Shown: positions 1 to 14,562 of the stretch, piece after piece
How the letters are laid out: each line of letters starts with the position of its first letter
How positions within the stretch are numbered: position 1 is the stretch's first letter
The notes under the pieces: model-generated
Databases searched by the model: none
Seen by the model: only the letters and a program-made list of their open reading frames with translations
Told to the model about the DNA's origin: nothing
Source: Balanoglossus misakiensis
Lineage: Eukaryota; Animalia; Hemichordata
Assembly (NCBI GenBank): GCA_040954595.2
Contig: CM082581.2
Coordinates: 7,586,059-7,650,058 of the forward strand
DNA length: 64,000 nucleotides
Direction: 5' to 3'
Program-made: the position numbers and the translations under genes

Positions 1-3000
1 CCGAGGCCAGTCGTGCCACCTCGACGGGCACACTGGTATTATGAAACATCCTTCCCCCTCACAACGGCATCTCTATGATTGATTCCACTGACCTGTTCCT
101 GTGCACCATATAAAATTAATACCCTCAATCACACAGCCTATCATTTTCCTATAATGGAAAGCTATTTTGTAAATGTAGTCATTTTTCAGCGTTACCACAG
201 AAATAGATTATCCCGAGAACCAAAGTGACGACGCGAATGCTAATTTCAATCCTACTCCTCCTGCAATGGCACCTATTCTCCTGGCTTATTCACCAGTTGA
301 TATTACAATATTACATTCTGGGTAGACCGACCCAACTCGCACACACACACACACACAAAAAGAAGTTTTAATATTTCACCATCTCGAGTGACATCGCGGG
401 CCCATTCATCGCCACCGTCAGTGACGTGCGGAAGCTTTAGAAAACCTGACAAGTATATAAATCAGTATGAATTTGATGCGTTTGGAGAGCCTAAGCCTGC
501 CATCTGAGATGATGAACTGCTGTGTGTACCGTGAAAGGCAGACTGGCTGACAGCGCGACCCGGCATAGGGAACAGTCGGCTAATGTTTGCCACTGAAAAG
601 ACAGAGGACAACTCGGTGCATGACAAGAATGACGATGAGCTCATTTGGCATTCAACTGCCTGTTTAGAATGGACGGCCACACTGGTATACAAGCACACAG
701 GTCACGCGATCTCTTACATTCAAAAGTAACCGCTTGACCAGAGTACTGCGCCATTTTCAGGTGATTTCAAGGCAAACAAATTTGACAAACTTGACCTCGG
801 GCATCTATTTTCTGTCACGGCATACAGATGTGTTCCAACTTGTCATGGATAACAAAGCATGCACACGACACCTGAACTTATTTTTGCTCATTAAGTGCAT
901 GTGCAAATGTGTGGTATGCTCGCATATGCTGAATGTAAAATATACATGCACAGAAGTGGGTTACACTTTCTAATACAGCATAAAGTCAACTAAGGTTGGC
1001 ATGCAACACCTTTTATAAATACATTTTGTACCTCAACTACGCTTTCTTGAGATTTGGGGTCCTTGGGTATGTCATTTGCATGTTTTATACCACATGAATA
1101 TCAATGAATATAGTCAAAGATTTATTAGCCAGACTTTGAACCTTGGTGGAAACTTCAAAGATCCGTCTAAATAACCGGAATGTGACCCAACGGTGTCACA
1201 GCACGCAAGGAAAGTTCAAGCAGAAATATGCAAATAATTTGGTAGTACTAACTGCAGTGAGTTTTAAAGGAAAGATTTCTACTACAAATGTTTATAATTG
1301 GCATTTCTCGTTTGCTTTTCTCTACATTTCCCTAAAAATAACATCCATGTGCTTATTCAAAAAGAACAAAGAATTTACCACAGACAGAAGACAGCACGTT
1401 GAGGAATTTTGTGCATAAGTGTTGCTATCTGTTGTTCATGTAGACTGAATTTCCTTGTGTATCACTATCTTATTGTGTGTGTGCACCAGACAGCAGATGT
1501 TTGCCTTAAATTTAGAAATCAAAGCGGGGCACCAAATCCAGTCCCACTTTTATCAGCTAAACTCTTTTATAACCCGGCCACATACAATGATCATGTAAAA
1601 AAGAGTTTTGCATTCCAGAACTCGACACAGTTGTCCAGTCTCACCACGTGGTCAGACTGACCTTGATCACAGGTCAAACAGGCAATCAGCGACTTCCTCT
1701 AAAGGCTTGTTAAGCTTCTCTCCACACCATCCACGTAGTTGCTGCAGGACATGCACAGACTGGATGCACGAACAACTTCCATACAATACAAGAGAAGCCA
1801 ACAAATGCAGCGTTATCAAGCAAAATTTCTAGAACAATTTCTATGCTTCTGCTGTACATGTACATATAGATATGTTCACTACGCATGTGCACATACATGT
1901 AATATGATTCTTTGACAGAACAGTGGGGAGACACATTTAAGAAGTAAAATGTGAGTGTTTTGTGTGCAGACTGTTATCTCTGGTGCTGGTTCATTAAGAG
2001 AGAAACCACAAAAACACGTGGCCGGCTGCTGCAAGCCCAGGTAAGTCCGATTTAATTATTCACCAGGTAAAGTGCATCCAAACAGTTGTTATCATTGCTG
2101 TCAATCATTATTAGTGGTGTTCACAGACAGTTTACAATGTACACTCTACATTGTATAAATGTCACCTAGTATTTTGTAGAACTTGTATATATTGTAAAGT
2201 CAGCCCAAAAAACCAATGTGGAAATGGTGTCAGACCAGAGCCACACTGACTAATTTGGTCTGGGTATTTGGTGTAGTTCTGTGCATGCAAATTGGCCAAT
2301 CAAGCAAGTTTTACTCATCAATCATGAAATGCAGACAATTTTCTATTCCGGCACAGAGGGGCAAAGATTGTTGGGCAAATGCAATCTCTGGGTCAGTGTA
2401 TATATTAAAATGAAGACAGAAAATGGAGCAAAAAAAGACTATCGTGTTGGACTGGAATTGATTTCCTCGGTCACAGCAGTCTCGAGGAAGCCATTTGTGG
2501 AAAAGGAGGCTTCTACTAGGAATGGTCCCAGATCTCCATGTCATAAGTGCGGTTCAGCTGATGCACTACCACCCAAAGACTTGGGCACATATTTACACTG
2601 TGGTTTTCTACCGGTGGTATCCTTGATGAACTGCACTGCATATTTCATGTGCCATTAATTTTCCGTGCTGATGGCTCTGGAATAAAATTCGACAGCTGAA
2701 CTATTCCTGGCTGCCACTGCAGAATTATTCGCCGGTGCGGCACACGCCCCCCCCCCCCCCCCCTCCCACCTGAGTGTGCTGCGGACTGATTAGCGGTGCA
2801 GCTCACGACGCAAGGCAATCTGAACTCACTCAGCCAGAACACCAAAGCCTTGAAGTCAATCCAGCAAGGGGGGAGGTGGCCTCACTTCCTGTTCGGCGGA
2901 AGAGCTTACCAACATGCATCACATCACCGACCGATGTGTAGCACCTACACACCCATACACACCATTCACAATCTTCGAAAACCTGGTACTATTCTTGCGA

Positions 3001-6000
3001 CAAGACACGAATTAACAATGTTTGACAGAGTACAGGCAGACTCAGAGCGAGGCCGCAATCACAGATGTTCAAAAACCCATCAGACTCCAGCCGGTACTTA
3101 AATTAGAAGCTGAATGACAATAAAATATCACTGAATTCTTTTTCAAGTGTCTCTTGGTCTCTGCCTGGCTATATCACTTCCTCTTCACCACCCCAAATCA
3201 TGAAATTAGCTGCGATAGGGAAGGGGGGCAGGGGGGGAGGTCAACTCATGTTATCAAAAATAAGTTCTTATACATTTCTTCGCAAAAGAACCAACACATA
3301 CCCCATCCTACACTGCCTGTTTCTTTTTTCTAAAAGAAGAATCATTGATTAAAACATCACATTTTCCATGATTGTAAAATAACACTTGTTTTCTTTCAAA
3401 TTGCAGTGTCTGACCTCACGGCATGATTTTATTGGATAACACGCCTTGATGGCCGCCGGCTACAGAGCTGAAATCACTGATCAGCACTTTAATCAATACA
3501 CTTTTATCTTGTTTTCTTGTTGAGCATCAGCAGGTCTTGCGTTACAACTGGTGTGCCCATCAATACGGAGGGAGAAATTATGTTATCTCAAAAAGAAACC
3601 GTTTCTTTATAATATCTTCAACACCAGAGGACAGGGTCAACAAGACACACATTGGGAACGCCAACACATGAAAAGGAAATTGCCACATGCCCCTGGAATC
3701 AACTACAACGATCATGTGATATGTATACAATACACACGGCTTGCCTTTTTTTCCTAGTATTGCATGACCGGAGGGCAGAAACAAGGCAATTGGGACGACC
3801 GTGCTCTGCCTAATCAATGCAATAACTTGTAGCTACCAGTCTACCTCGACTCAAACAGAAAAAACATTTTCGGGGGAGAATTACTTTTTTTTCGAGTCAA
3901 TTGCAAATGCCAGACCAGACATGTACGGGCATGTGCCCGGTGACCCAGTACCTTGTGTTAAGAAGCCAGACAAGTGACAGAGCGGGCAATGCAAAGGTCA
4001 CCCGAAAATCAGGGTTCATCATAGTTAGTATAAATAGCAACCCACTTTCTACGGAGAGAAAAATTTCGCTTTCAGTCTATGTCGACCAAATGCCATCCAC
4101 CATGGTGATATGAAACAACATCTTGGCGATGGCAAGAATGTGCTCCAGCTTAATAATTATGTACAGAGCCACCGCCCACAAACAGGGATCGTTATCTAAC
4201 CAGGTCACGTCTCAGAGTTATTCATAGTCCAAACTTCTTATTGGCTTATTAATGTGAATGTACACTCCAACATGCCAAAAATGCTTGGCACGGGCCATGA
4301 TAAATGTGCCGTCGGTACACACGTTTATTGTGACCCGCTGTTGGTTTTCAATAAATACCCCGCCTCCTACAGGCTACCAAAAACTAATTCCTTTTCAAGG
4401 GTAGCGGCGTACCACATCCCTGGGATGACTGAGCAAAAAAAACAACTTCAATACACTGTCTTCCTACTGAGGAGTGTCATGGAAATGGCAGCTGCCATAT
4501 CGAATCCAGACAACACTGCTTAATTTTACCAGGAAGAATGTTTTTCATGCATATATTAGATAAAGCTCACCAAGAAACAGAACCTCTGCACTTGTCCAGT
4601 GGCTATAAGTGTTTGCAAAGATATCAATAATCATGGCATAATTACAATCTAATAAAATACAATTGACAGAAATTCGAGTAATAATATATTTTGTTGCTGG
4701 ACGACATTAATAGAATGCTGACTTACAAGAACAGCAATCACCGAGATGACAAAAAGTGTTTTTTTTTTTTTAAATGAAAAGCACCGTGGACGTGAGCTGC
4801 ATACAAATGAGCAAACAATATGGATGAAATTTCTTAAGGATCATAAATTAGCCCTATTCCATTTTGACACCAACTGAAACAAAGCTGACACCCGGAAAAT
4901 GTAACAAAATGTCTGCCTTTCCTGACAGTCACACAATTGTAAAGTGCAGGCAAATTGGTACTGTAATGCTCCATGGAAAGGGGACATAGCCAAACAAATT
5001 GCAGGACCCAAGACGGAAGGTCCCTTTCAAGAGGTCACAACAATACCACCAACAGGGACAAAGCATATGCAAATACACTGCTGGGGGTAAACTACTTATG
5101 TACAGCCAGTGGCTGCTGTCTGGTGGGATGGGTAAATATTAAAGTAAACAATCTGGTCATTAATCAATCACATATTTGGCACTGTTTCAAAACCACTACA
5201 ACCAGTTCCATAAAGATTCCAACCTGGTTCCTTGACGAGCCATTTTCACACGAAAAATAGGAAGTTGGTTTTATATTAGGTGACTGGCGGGCTTGTATGT
5301 TACCCATGCTCACAAAACTGGTACTGAAATCAAAATTACAATGTAATGTACAGATTTAAAAAAAAAATCGATTTTTAATAACCAAGATTTTAATGTCTTA
5401 ACACTCAAACCGATAAACATTTCGAAAGAAACAGTTCATCAGTCACATTCCCAGGCACTCCATGTGTCGAGACATTCAAGTTACTGCTGCAAAACCAGCC
5501 CAAAGAAGTGGGAAAATAAAAGGTCTGGGTTCTAGGCACCATGCGCGACCTCAATAAATGGTCCGCCTAACAACAATAGCCCGGCCACACCCTAATGTGT
5601 GGCATGCAGGCAGGATCGGCAATCGATCATAATCACCCACAAGCGCCCAAGCATCATACCCCAACGTTCGTGGGTTTTGGCCATGGTCCTATTTGTCGGT
5701 TTCTATTCTGGCATTGCCATTTTGATCAGGTTTCCCTGGTCCAGGAAAAAATGGAAGAAAACTTGGTCCATACTTCAGAATGGAAATGTACATCATCCAT
5801 CGCGGCATAAAATTACCACACGTCATTAAAACGAGGAAACGATGCCACGGCACGTACAAAAGAAACGCGAAGTCACAAGACAGATTAATTAAAATGGTAG
5901 AAATATTTGCATTTTAATCATAATACATGCACAAAAAAGAATGGCAACACTTTTCAGTGATAGTGGATGCGCCGCGCCGGCGATCGTATCGTGACCGAAT

Positions 6001-6400
6001 GATAATACGGCGTTTTCCTTTGATCGGCAGCCTTAGTTTCTAGACGGTTTAAGTCTTGTACGTGACTTGGCGTGCTAAATTTCTTGGTTCCGGTCACAAT
6101 GCATGCCCGCTGGTTGAATGGCGAAATTTGAACAAACTGATCGAGGCCATGCTTACAGCACGCAGATATGATGGGATCGGGACCGTACTTTTACCAAAAT
6201 TGGTGTCTTCAGGTATTGCTGTTGTCGGACGACACCGGCAATCGCCTGATCGAACGGCCCGATCAGCACAGACAAATATGCGTAACCAAAGCTTTGAAAC
6301 TGACTAGGATGTACATTTCTGCAACAGTTAGCGCGGAGCGTGCCGAACGATTGGGTCAAAGTCAAGAGAGTTACCACAGTGTGTGTGTGGCTTCACCTAC

Positions 6401-6620
6401 CTTGAATTGGGCAAACAAAGACACCGCTAACACTACTACAAACGCTGCTAGATGCTCACTGGACACTCTAACGGCTAGATTGGTCTTCGGATTACTTCAA
6501 AATTGCGTCCACGATGAGCCACCGACAGTCAGTTAAAATCTGCGACGGTCTATATTACATATCTCAGTCTTTGTGTGTGGTAGAAGATCCTGGCAGAAAT
6601 CGTGGTAAAATGGTGGCAGA
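6401..6620 (-). other. Probable non-coding first exon of a divergently transcribed gene whose body lies beyond the left edge
   Basis: Strong minus-strand donor CAAG|GTAGGT at 6400/6401 in a CpG-rich zone about 500 bp from the MAEA ATG; no convincing coding exon found in 1-6400; upstream end is approximate. Confidence 0.35.
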
Positions 6621-6929
6621 GCGTGCACTCCAACTGACTACAAATCAATGGAAATGGGAGGAAAGGCAGGTTGCCAAGGCCAGGAGGGCAAACCGGTCGA
6701 AAATCTAAAGAACGTGTGATATTCACTAATCAGATGGAATAAAGTGTGGTTTTTATAAAGCTATCTTGTTTGAGTTATCGGAATTACATTTCGTGTGTAT
6801 TAAGTTGAGTGAATTGTCAGAGTTTGTGAACGCTCAGAGTACAGGTTTTGGTTTTTCTACCAGCACACCCCTAAAATAGAATGAAGACACCCTGTACTTT
6901 TCCCATCATGCAAATCTCAGACAGCCAAT
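6620..6929. promoter_or_regulatory. Putative bidirectional promoter with ZNF143/Staf-like site
   Basis: TTCCCATCATGC at 6900-6911 (SBS-like core), YY1-like ATGGCGG overlapping the MAEA start, CpG-rich surroundings. Confidence 0.35.
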
Positions 6930-9900
6930 ATGGCGGACCTTAAGGCATTGGAACACTCGACGTTGAAGGTAATTTTGGCCGTTTTTCACGAAAAATTTCA
7001 TTTCCTTGTAGATCGACAGAGGAAGATGTGTTGCCGATACCAGAAGTAATCGCTTTGCGTAATCAATGACCGATCACGATCTTTCGATTTCACACAAACC
7101 GGTTACATGTCGGTAGACGCACACCATGTTATGTACCAGGAATGTCCATTCCAAAAACAAAACCATAAAGAAACGTCAATAGACTGATCGCGATCGAGGG
7201 CTTCCCGCACTACCAGGCACCGTCACGAGACGAAATGACATCCATTGTATATATTGAGCCAAAGTATCGGGTTCGATTCAATTGAACCGCAGAAACGTCG
7301 TGTATAGCCTAAAAAAACGGCTGTCACGACACTGGGCGTGTACACTCGCACAGCTGATGAAAACAAACCAGACTCGGCCCGGCTTCTGCCAAACAAACAC
7401 CCACAGCTCATCCATGGCTGGCAGATATTGCGGATATCTTCTGCTAATGTTTTGTGAAAATGAGATGGATGGTTATTGTTTCACGTACGGTATTTGTTCA
7501 AAAACCACCGTACCTGATACAAAATACTGTACTGTAGCTTTAATACAACATAAGCTGTAGTGTAAAACCCAGTGGTAGCACACAGCCATTATTAGATTTC
7601 GTCAAAAAACAAATGCAGTGCACATATGCATACAAGAGGCAAAGTCTGGTGTCTCAGTGAGAGAAATTAATGTCTTCAAACATGCCTGAAAATGCTTATA
7701 GATATGTAATAATAATAATACAACTGACTGATGTATCATATGATATAAACGCAAAATCCACATAATAATGTTTGTCCATTGAGACTTTGAGAGCAATGGG
7801 TTTTGTCAAATCAAAGTAATGGCTCACTGTGTATATGTATGTAAAAACATAATTAATGATGAAGAATAAATGGAATTTACATATTCTGAGTTACACACCC
7901 ACGAAATGAAGTGTAAATACTCAAATTTATGATTTTTTTTTATAATCCTTGGGAAACTGTTGGATGTGAATCCAAGCACTGCTTGGGAATTGATACTACC
8001 ATTATCACCTGATAAAACCTGTACAATCTCTGTTGTCACGTGTTTCGCAATCCAAGATACAATCCGAACCGCCAGTGAAAATACAAATGACAGACACCGT
8101 CGTTCAACAGACATTTGAAACATGTCCACCGACTCTTTCATTACATTATAAAACCCACACATTTTGCTTGAGTAAAAAAAACTGCCGGTTTTATTCCCTG
8201 TTGGCATGGCTCTAGGCAACCAGGATAGTCTGTTTGCATTGCCACTATAAATTATGCCAGACTGTAGTGTAGCAGGAAGCATTGCTATTCACTGGTTTTA
8301 TGATTAGTTACTTCAAATAAGTAATATGTAGTGTTCTCCCAACCACCACCTGAAATTGTGTGTTTTGTCTGAGCCCAGCAGCTAAGATCAACACTTACTT
8401 TTCTGGTGAGAACACTGTACTAAATTTAATATTAATATCCCATTCAGAGCGGCATGTATATAAGCACATAATTTCAGGGCGGACCGTGAAGTATGAAATC
8501 AAAAGAATTCAACAACTGACAACAAAGAACAGCAACACAATAATGGAATAGTATTTTAGTGTTACCAGTGGTCATGACACCGTGTGGAAAAAAAAATTGT
8601 GTTGAAAAAGTAGCAGCCACACCTTTCTGTAAAGTGGAGCCTGAATCCCAATGAACTCGCATCAACCTTTTTTTTGTCACAAAGAAGTGATTGTTTCCTC
8701 TCCAAGGTTGCCGAGAAGACGTATTTCACCATGACAAATGGTTCTGCTCCCCCCTTCCTTTCATGTGTGAATATTGTAACCAGGTGTGAATTGTTCTGGG
8801 CTGTGTGTACTCCACAGCAGTCATTACACTGTCACACACTTTCAGTCGGTGCATGCTTTGGTTTTCAAATGGCTCTGATTGAACTCCCACCTTTTGTTTA
8901 GTTTAAAAAACATGAAGTCTGTGCTGTTGAATATTTACATGTATCCAGTGATTTCACGGCAGCAGAAGAATTTGTTTTAATAATAAAAGAAATATTGATT
9001 TATTCTGGAAGGTTGGCATGTTTTGACATGTTATTTTTTTATATTATTTATTTCTGATATGTTAGTTCAACCCGAGAGAGCATTTATCGTTACAAATCTT
9101 GAGAGAGAAAATTATATCCTGTCTTGGAGTTCATCCCTATTGGGTGCTATGTTCTCACTGTGTTCAATTATGAATGAATGTAAATTTCAATTATCAAGTC
9201 GTACTTTCTTTGTGAAATTGGGTGCTTGACTTAACCGTGTGGAACTAGTGAAATAACCCTAGATAAAATCTTCTTTGTAATTCCCCGAAAATTGGCACTC
9301 TTTGGAAATCAAGTTCAGGAGATTATGATGCGGTCCCCATAGTGTATTGGCAAAAATGTCAGGAAAAAATTCGTCTACATTTATTGCCCAACAAAGGGGT
9401 ACAGGTCACTAAATGTCGGTTGCCTTGGTTTCAGAAGTCCCCACCACAAGAACAGCCTTGGTCAGACTGTCACGTCCTGCCAAGGCCAAGCAAAGGTCGT
9501 ATATATTCGGTCTGATCTGTCTCGCGCTCATTGCATACAAATTGGTTGCTCCCTCAATCCCCCTCTCCCATTTCAGTTGAAGTCTACACATGCAATCCTT
9601 GAAGTGGAACGACTTTAGAGTAACTTCAGTGGCAAGGTTAACATCAGAACATATTTTATTGGTGTGAAACCACAAACAGACCCAAAATTATGACCACAAT
9701 CTCAAGCTTTATCTTATGAGTTTCGAAGGGCAGCTAGCCACAAAACAGAATCCGATATGAGCCTGTTGTCGTGACAAGAAGACTAGAGCTAGCCAGCCCC
9801 TTTATTCTGCATGGTTCCAGCCCACATGTGGGCCCACGTTTTATAACCACTGTACCTTGGATAGAGAATAATGAATTGTAACAGTAGCAGATGGACTGTC

Positions 9901-12900
9901 GGGGACTGTAATTAAACTTGTCGAGCTCAAGGTGGGACTGAAACAGTTGACCTTCACAGATACACTCATAATCGGAATCAGGGGAAAATCAAAAGGGGTC
10001 AAATTTGTTGGTTCATGTAGCTGTATTGACTGGCAAATTTTAGCCAATGTGAGAACATGTTATATCACTGAATAATTCGTACAATGACCTTTGGTTTTAT
10101 TTGGGGACTGAATTTATCGATTTTATATTCAATTAGCTCAAACTTGTGGTAAACATGCCACAGACAATGTCTGGGAAGTGTAGAAGAGATGTTGAATATG
10201 CATGCCGGGTTTACAGTTTAGCTGTGTGTGGCACTGGGCTGTATGTACTGGCCATGCCTCCCAGGCGCAGCCGATGCAAATTAACACATAGCCCTGCCAC
10301 GCAGAGCTAATGCTTGTAATGCTGCCTGTAATCTTGCCTAGCCATTTTAATCCTTCGGTATAGCCTTAAGAATTTTTTTTTCATTATTCTTCAATGTTAA
10401 ACACTACAGATTCTTGTTCTTGCAGGTTTTGGTGGTGTATGACAAAAGAGAAATTTTGTATTCATAGACAACAACCCACAGGATTGTGGCTTGTGACACT
10501 ATCAGTTGATGTCATGCATGCCACTTTTGCGGGTCACTTTGATAGTGCCGTCTTAATCTTTCATACTTCGGGACAGGTGATAGATATCAATTTCTCCTGT
10601 CGAAATATCACATCCCGAAATGAAGGCTAAAAGCGCGGCTTGACACGTTCGTTATTGATGAATAAACACACCACCTGGGCCTCGTCGCGTCTCAAATATG
10701 AAATTCCAAACTCCCATCAATATCACTAAGAGCGCGACTGCGACGTTATATGAGTATTGATGTTTTCCCAACCGTTCTCTGTATAAATCCTTATTTGCCA
10801 GGTACCTTATGAGATTCTGAACAAGAAGTTCCGAAACGCACAGAAGAACATTGACCGCGAGGTCTCCCACGTTATCCACGTGACGAACGAAATCGAAAAG
10901 TGCTTTGAGAACAAGCCGGTGACCGTCGGTGCTGTTGCCAGTCTGCTCGACTCGGTCGTGGACAAGCTGTCGGTGCTGAAGAGAAAGGTTGGTATAGAGC
11001 ACGCTCATCATGCTTCCTTTGTGTGTGTGGCACCCCCTGCTGTCTTCCAAGTCCTGTCTGACCCCATAAAGCATATGAAGGCCATCTTGATAAGTTATGA
11101 AATATTGGGGGCCTGAAATCCTGTTTGAATAATATTTCATACGTGCGCGTCCGCAACAGGCTTCCACTGCAATAAAAAATTGATACTTCTGGGAAAACAG
11201 ACAGGCCAGGGCCTGAAAAAATTATGTGATTAATGATGTTATGAGCATAGTTTCAAATGAAGAGAAATAGATGTCTGGCCACGCGTGCTGCAGAACAAAA
11301 TGCCAGTGATGCGGTCATAATGAGTTTTGTAATAATTTTGACTTTCGGTCAATTTTTGACTGTCCCTCCCGGCTGTTGAGTGGAAAGAGCAACAACTTTT
11401 GGCCATTTGTTACTCTATTGCCAAAAGTTGCTTTTTAACCTACTTAGATGTGGTACAACCATGATTCGAAACACTTCATTCATTCTGATGATGACCTGTC
11501 CACCCACCCCACCCCCATGATAAACAGGTAAAACTGATTCACGGACAGGCGACAGCTGTCTAGAAGCAATTCTCCCATGCCCACCATGAGATTTAATCAT
11601 TCTGGCAGTCTGACATATTTTTATCGAAATATTTGAAAGAGTAATTATGAACTTATTCCAGGCGGAAGAAAGCATTTCTCAAGAAGAGGAGAGTGTCAAA
11701 GTGTGCAAAAGGCGCGTGGAACATTTGAAAGACCATGACAATCCAAACCCCAGTGCCGTTGCCCAGTGGAAGAAGAAGCGATTGGACAGAATGCTGGTGG
11801 AGTATTTCCTCAGGGCCGGGTATTACGACACTGCCCTGAAGTTAGCCACACACACTGATATCAAGGTGAGGTATTTTGCCATCATTCAAGTCTTGGTGGG
11901 GATTCATTACTAGTCGTAGACTTGACCACTCTAATTGTACTGTCGCTTAATCTGGGATCAGTATGTGTACACTGTGTTGGATTTAAGTAGTTTACCAGAC
12001 AGGGGTACTTGTTGTGAATTGATAAAGGAAGACACACACACACACACAAACTCACACTACCACACTAAGGCTGTAGTCTCAGTCCTGTGTTAGACTGCTC
12101 ACGTATAAAGTGTAAATAGCCATCAGGCCAATACATCCAGGACGGAAGCCTCCAAGGTGGATCCCTTGTCAAAAATATGCTAATGAGTTTTCTGAGAAAG
12201 CAAACACACATGGCAGCATGCTGCCACTCTGTCAAACATGGTTTCCTGGTGCAACAAAAATGTATCAAATCATACGATTTGACCTTACCCTGCACCATAC
12301 AGCAACAACCCAAATAAATGTCGTTACCCGTTTTCAATGACCAAAAGCTTGTCAGGGCCTATTCATCACCAGAACATGCTACTCATATTAGCCCCCCTGG
12401 GTCACCTTTTCCGGTCTGGACTAAAAACAGAGACTAGTGTCCGGTATCTAACTGTATCCTTCACAGATTCAAGCATGCCAGATCATTGCATATCACCTGG
12501 AAATGGCACCGTGTACTTTTGAATACAAAGAACACCTTGTTTTAAACTGATCACAAGTACACGCTCATATTTTAATGATCCACATTTGAATTACCAGTAA
12601 GTGTACTTTGACAGTTAATTGTTCAATTTCAAATAAAATGTTTTATTAATATTCTTCCTCTTTACCTCCCCCCATCCCCCGTACAGGATTTAACCAATAT
12701 AGAACTGTTCATGGTTTCCAAGGAAGTAGAAGAGTCTCTTCTGCGGAGAGAGACATCAAGCTGCCTCGCCTGGTGCCATGACAACAAATCAAAACTTAGA
12801 AAAATCAAGGTGAGTGACCCGCCCCCCAAAAGGTCAGAGTTCATCAGACGCTGTAGACTCTGTGCAGATGTCCCTCACTGTGGTCATCTTCAAGCACTCC

Positions 12901-14562
12901 ATCATAGAAATTTGAGATGAGATGTTGGTTACAGCTTGTGGAAGAATCTCTCTAATATTCATTGGTTCGATCCTAAATTCTCCTGATCACCCATTCGTTT
13001 TCAATTTCCTTCTTTGCAGAGCTCCTTGGAATTCAATCTACGAACACAGGAATTCATAGAACTCATACGTTTCAACAAACGCATGGAGGCTATCAGACAC
13101 GCCCGTAGATTCTTTTCTAGTCTGGAGTCGCATCAGTTGTCGGAAGTCCAGAAAGTCATGGGACTTCTAGCTTATCCATCTGATACTCAGATATCTCCAT
13201 ATAGGGTGAGTCACACTTCTGTGTGTCATAATATTGTGCACAGTACAATCAGAAGTGCACTCAGATATGTTTCTATACTACTGGGCGTGGTTTGTTCAGA
13301 TGAGGGACACCTACATCTTGAGTTCGCCAGATTAAGACAGTATATCTTGATCTTGAAATATTTACCACCACCAACAGTGTACAGGGTACATTCGTTATTC
13401 AAGACGTCTTCAAAAATACATGTACAGTAACAGCAAGGCTGAGTGAAAGTTTTCTAAATCTGTTGATCCAGTGGCGATTGTGTGGTCAATAATGACTTTC
13501 TTATTATGTTTCAGGAACTTCTAGACTCAACCCGCTGGCAAATGTTGGTGGAGCAGTTTAGAGCCGATAATTTCAAACTTCATCAATTGAATTCCAATTC
13601 AGTATTTACAGTCACCTTAGAATCTGGTCTAGCGGCATTGAAGACACCGTATCCTTCGCAAATCCTACAAATTTTGTTTTTGAAATCTTACGTTCATTTA
13701 ATAATTTGGCCAAATGTTTCAGATGAAATTTCATTGCTGTCTTTGGAGGGATAATTTCCTTGAAAAGCGACCACACCTGCACATTTTGAAGGTTGTTTTT
13801 CTCCGTCTGAAAGGTGTGCATATTATGCTACCCTAAGCACATCGAGAATGTAACTCCAGACGTTGATGCCCACACCTAATACAGATTTATTCCTTGACGA
13901 TGTGATCAGACATTGTTATCGGGAGGATGGCAAGAATCCTGAGTGTCCGGTATGCAATAAGAATCTCAATGAGTTAGCCAAACCACTGCCCTTTGCCCAC
14001 TGCGCTCAGTCCAGACTAGTCTGTTACATATCAGGTAAGCTGCGTTTGAGTCGGTCGTGCCGACACCATTTTTGTGGTGAATGAGGGTCGTAGTATTAAA
14101 ACACTCATTGATCTTTTGGAGATTTTTTGAACAGTTTATTAAAGAAAAACACAAATTTATGATGTTATTAATAATTAAAAATGTTATTCTTCGACAGGTC
14201 AAGTAATGAATGAGCATAACCCACCCGTGATGTTACCTAACGGATATGTGTATGGAGAAAATGTAAGTTTTGTCTTGGAAGGGTCTAAAGACCTTTTGAT
14301 TGGTCATAATATTGGACAATGATCTTAAAATATAGTGTCCCTTGTATAAGACTTCATCCTATTTGTCAATTTGATGAACACACCTGATGTGGGTTAGCTC
14401 CTCGCCAATGAAACGGCAGCTTCCATAGGTTCATTATGTTTCTTTCTTTTCTGTCCACAGTCTTTGAGAGTCATGGCAGCTGACCACGACGGCAAAATCA
14501 CCTGTCCAAGATCTAAAGACGTGTACAGCATAGACCAAGCCGAGAAAGTGTTTGTGATGTAG
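6930..14562 (+). CDS. MAEA: E3 ubiquitin ligase CTLH/GID complex subunit MAEA (macrophage erythroblast attacher; LisH-CTLH-CRA-RING)
   Basis: Exons 6930-6968, 10802-10987, 11662-11865, 12687-12809, 13020-13205, 13515-13648, 13910-14034, 14198-14262, 14461-14562 join in frame: [33 protein letters not shown]...[18 protein letters not shown]...[14 protein letters not shown]...[27 protein letters not shown]...[12 protein letters not shown]...AEKVFVM, collinear with vertebrate MAEA as I recall it. Confidence 0.97.
10219..10309. mobile_element. Degenerate short MITE (TAG...CTA termini) in MAEA intron 1
   Basis: Imperfect inverted ends TAGCTGTGTGTGGCACTGGGCT / AGCCCTGCCACGCAGAGCTA; TSD not resolved. 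Confidence 0.35.
13649..13909 (+). other. U12-type (minor spliceosome) GT-AG intron in MAEA
   Basis: 5' site GTATCCTT, branch site TTCCTTGAC at 13890-13898, AG 11 nt later with no polypyrimidine tract; removal gives KTP-HCYREDG in frame. Confidence 0.9.

Noticed and set aside
10652-11167. 171-aa minus-strand ORF
   Set aside because: Antisense shadow of MAEA exon 2
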